Translations under genes and position numbers: made by a program
Assembly (NCBI RefSeq): GCF_004010195.1
Contig: NC_057750.1
Coordinates: 6,180,438-6,244,437 of the forward strand
Reading direction: 5' to 3'
DNA from: Chiloscyllium plagiosum
Lineage: Eukaryota
Length of the DNA stretch: 64,000 nucleotides
In this document: one piece after another, positions 60,606 to 64,000 of the stretch
How the letters are laid out: every line of letters begins with the position of its first letter
Numbering within the stretch: position 1 is the first letter of the stretch
The notes under the pieces: model-generated
What the model saw: the letters and a program-made list of their open reading frames with translations, nothing else
Database searches by the model: none
Told to the model about the DNA's origin: nothing

Positions 60606-63199
60606 TTACACTGAGGCTAAAACAACTGCTTTCAAACATGGACTGATTTCTGGATTTCTGCAAGGCCCCTTTAAATCCTGATGATTCACTGGTGGATGTG
60701 GCTGGATAATACAAACACAAAAAAGGCCTGTGATAAGGTAGGTGTTCATATTCTCGGAGGGGGAAGCCCTCGACCACCACCCCCCCTCCCACTGCCATCC
60801 TAACAAGTCGAGCGCCCCACAAGGATTGAAGCCCAGACCGCACAGCCCCCCCCCCCAAACTCTCAAACCCCCCAGATTTTCAAACTTGGGTCACAATAAA
60901 TCAGAGGTATTAAAATGGGGTCACACTGGGTAAATCTGCTGTCTAGGTGAAAATGGTCATGGGTTTGGGAGCAGCTGTCAAAACAGCCTTGACAAACTGG
61001 CCCCCCCAGTGCCTCTCCAAAAGGAAACAAATTCTGCTTTTAACCTCTCCTGTTAAAGAATTATCTCCTCAATTCCTTATTGGATTTATTAGTGACACTC
61101 TTATCCTTTTAATGTAACATGGTTGTAAATTCTCTGATTAATTATATGCTTTCCCAGCATTTGCAATCCTCATTTAAAAATCACATCGACAAAACAATGA
61201 TACATCTAACAAGCACCAGAGATATCATACCTTAAGGGAGCAGTCAGTCAATTGATGCCAATTACCTCAGACCCAGAGCTGAAACTGAAATACAGGGCAG
61301 GAGAGTAGAGTGTTGAACTCCCCCTCCTCCCCCCAAATGAAGTTCAGTTCTACCATTCCATGAGATTATGGACAATTTGCACTTCAGTTTTGTCTATCTG
61401 CCTTTGTTCTGTGTCCCTTGAACACATCTACTCAACAAAAGCCTATCTCAAGTATTTTACAATTTTAATTGTATTAGCGTCAATAGCTTTTCTGGGAGTT
61501 TTCCCTTCTCTTCGAGTGTACAACAGCATTCTGATTTCATACATGAATAGCCTAACTCAAAACTTATGACTCTACCAGAAGAAATATCTACCTCATTTAA
61601 TCTCTTTATCCATTTACAATTGCCTCACATTTGAGAATACAAAACACATTCATGCACTGAACACCATCCCCATGCAAGCTCCATTCCAAGCCACTCACCA
61701 TCCAGTCTTGGAAATATATCACTGATCCTCACTGTCACTGGGTCAGGATGTTGGAATTCCCTCCCTAAGGGCAGTGTGGCTCAACCCACGGCATGTGGAC
61801 TGCAGCGGTTCAAGAAAGCAACTCACCGTCACCTTCTCAAGGGGCAACTAGGGACAGGCAACAAATGCTGGTCAGCCAGCGATGCCCCCTCTTCTCACAA
61901 GTGAATGTAAAAAAAGTCCCTACTCATCATTTAATCCTTTAAAGTCTGGGATTATCCTGACAAATATTCACATCACCTCTTCCAAATCAAGCATTTAAAC
62001 CTTTCCTGTCTTCGCTCTAATCATACTATGAATTTGAATTGACATGTCCATTTAAAAGATTAGTATATTTTGTGTTTCATCTATAACGTCCCAGTTTATA
62101 AACAGGAGTCACCATACTCGCAAACAATGTCAGAGGACATCAACAAGTATTTCTACAGGACAAGACTAGTGGGTGTACGAGTGGACTTCTCGTGGCATTG
62201 CTCAATCTCAGTGTTTGTCAGGGGAGCAAGAGGAGAAGGAAATGTTAGTACACTGAGGCTTCTGCTAGGATACTGAAGGTAATCTGGACTTTTTAAATAA
62301 TTTTGTCATGGAACATTGACAGAGTCATAGAGATGTACAGCATGGAAACAGACCCTTCGGGGCCAAATGCTGTCAAATGGGACTAGATTAATTTAGAACA
62401 TTTTAGATTAGATTTCCTACAGTGTGGAAACAGGCCATTTGGCCCAACAAGTCCACACTGAACCCTCTGAAGAGTAACCCAAGCCCCGATATTTAACCCC
62501 GACTAATGCACCTAACACTATGGGGCAATTTAGCATGGCCAATCCACCCTAATCTGCATATAAAGTCAGAGTCATAGAGATGTACAGCATGGAAACAGAC
62601 CCTTCGGTCCAACCTGTCCATGCCGATCTGATATCCCAACCCAATCTAGTGTCACGGCCAGCACCCTGCCCATATCCCTCCAAACCCTTCTTATTCATAT
62701 ACCAATCCAAATGCCTCTTAAATGTTGCAATTCTCCAACGCTCCAGGGAAAACAGCCCCAGCCTGTTCAGCCTCTTCCTATACCTCAAATCCTCCAACCC
62801 TGGCAACATCCTTGTAAATCTTTTCTGAACCCTTCCAAGTTTCACAACATCTTTCCAATAGGAAGGAGACCAGAAGTGCATGCAATATTATTAGCCAAAC
62901 TTAATTCCTCTTGAACTAATTGGCTTGATAGGCTATTTCAGAGGGCAGTTGTACATTGCTGTGGGTCACATGCAAGCCAGATTGAGTAAAGATGGTAGAT
63001 TTTTTGTCTAAAGGCACATTGACGAACCAGACAGGTTTTATGACACTCATTTCATGGCCACAATCATTGAGACTAGCTTTCATTTCGAGATTTTTTTTTA
63101 ATCGAAGCAGATTCCACCAGATGTCAATCGGGATTTGAACCCATGTCCCCAAGGTATTAGCCTGGGTTGTCGGATTGTTACCGCTGTGAATTACCATTA

Positions 63200-63349
<150 letters not shown>

Positions 63350-64000
63350 TTAGAACACAACGCTTTTTAATCTTGTTTCTGGAATTTCCCCAATCCTGAA
63401 GATGAAACAGCTCTCTTTTACAGAGTTCAGAACCCAACATGCATGCAGTTCAGCAAGGGGTCATCACAGAGTCAAAGAAATGTACAGACAGAAACAGACC
63501 CTTCGATCCAACTCATCCATACTGACCAGATATCCTAAATTAATCCAGTCCCATTTCTCAGCACTTGGCCCATACCCCTCTCAGCTCTTCCTATTAGTGT
63601 ACCCACCCAGATGCCGTTTAAATTTTATAGTTGTACCATCTTTGAACACGTCCTCCTCTTCCATACACTCACCATCCTTTGTGTGAAAACGTTGGCCCTT
63701 AGGTCCTTTTTAAATCTCTCCTGTTGCACCTTAAATCTATGCCCTTTAGTTTTGGACTCCCCTACTCTGGGAAAAAGACCTTGACAATTCCCCCTATCCA
63801 TTCCCCTCATGATTTTATAAACCTCGATAAGGGTCACCATTGGCCTGATCTTCAATGATCATCAGTCAGAGGAATTAACCTGCAACAAGTGATCTCACAT
63901 AGACCTGCTAGGCGATCACCAACTACAACACTAGCCCATTTCCAAACCTCCCTCCCTAATCAAGAGGTGTTAGCCATAACTGCAGGCTCCTGCTGCTGGT

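Overview
Eukaryotic, repeat-rich DNA, most likely from a cartilaginous fish (shark), judged from HE1-type tRNA-derived SINEs and HER1/CR1-type LINE ends. There are two assembly gaps (1683-1893, 9763-10469). Two convergent genes are supported. (1) On + is a 52-codon ORF (2982-3140), hidden at the end of a spurious 190-aa ORF, that encodes a TUNAR-family (pTUNAR/BNLN) single-pass microprotein. (2) On - is the 3' half of a kinesin light chain gene (KLC1-like in sequence, probably the KLC3 paralog), with exons from 63322 down to the stop at 25665. Its TPR3-5 and C-terminal exons are conserved, but the TPR5-6 linker and TPR6 exons appear to survive only as phase-preserving, sequence-degenerate exons. 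The rest is CR1/L2 LINE fragments, SINEs, a 40-bp minisatellite, a pogo/Tigger-like MITE and a probable solo LTR. Two Penelope-like element (PLE) families carry minimal hammerhead-ribozyme cores and often insert as short inverted-repeat units with 8-15 bp target-site duplications. One such insertion captured three pieces of nearby DNA, including 25 nt of a KLC exon. All coordinates were read by eye and reference sequences are quoted from memory; no searches were run.
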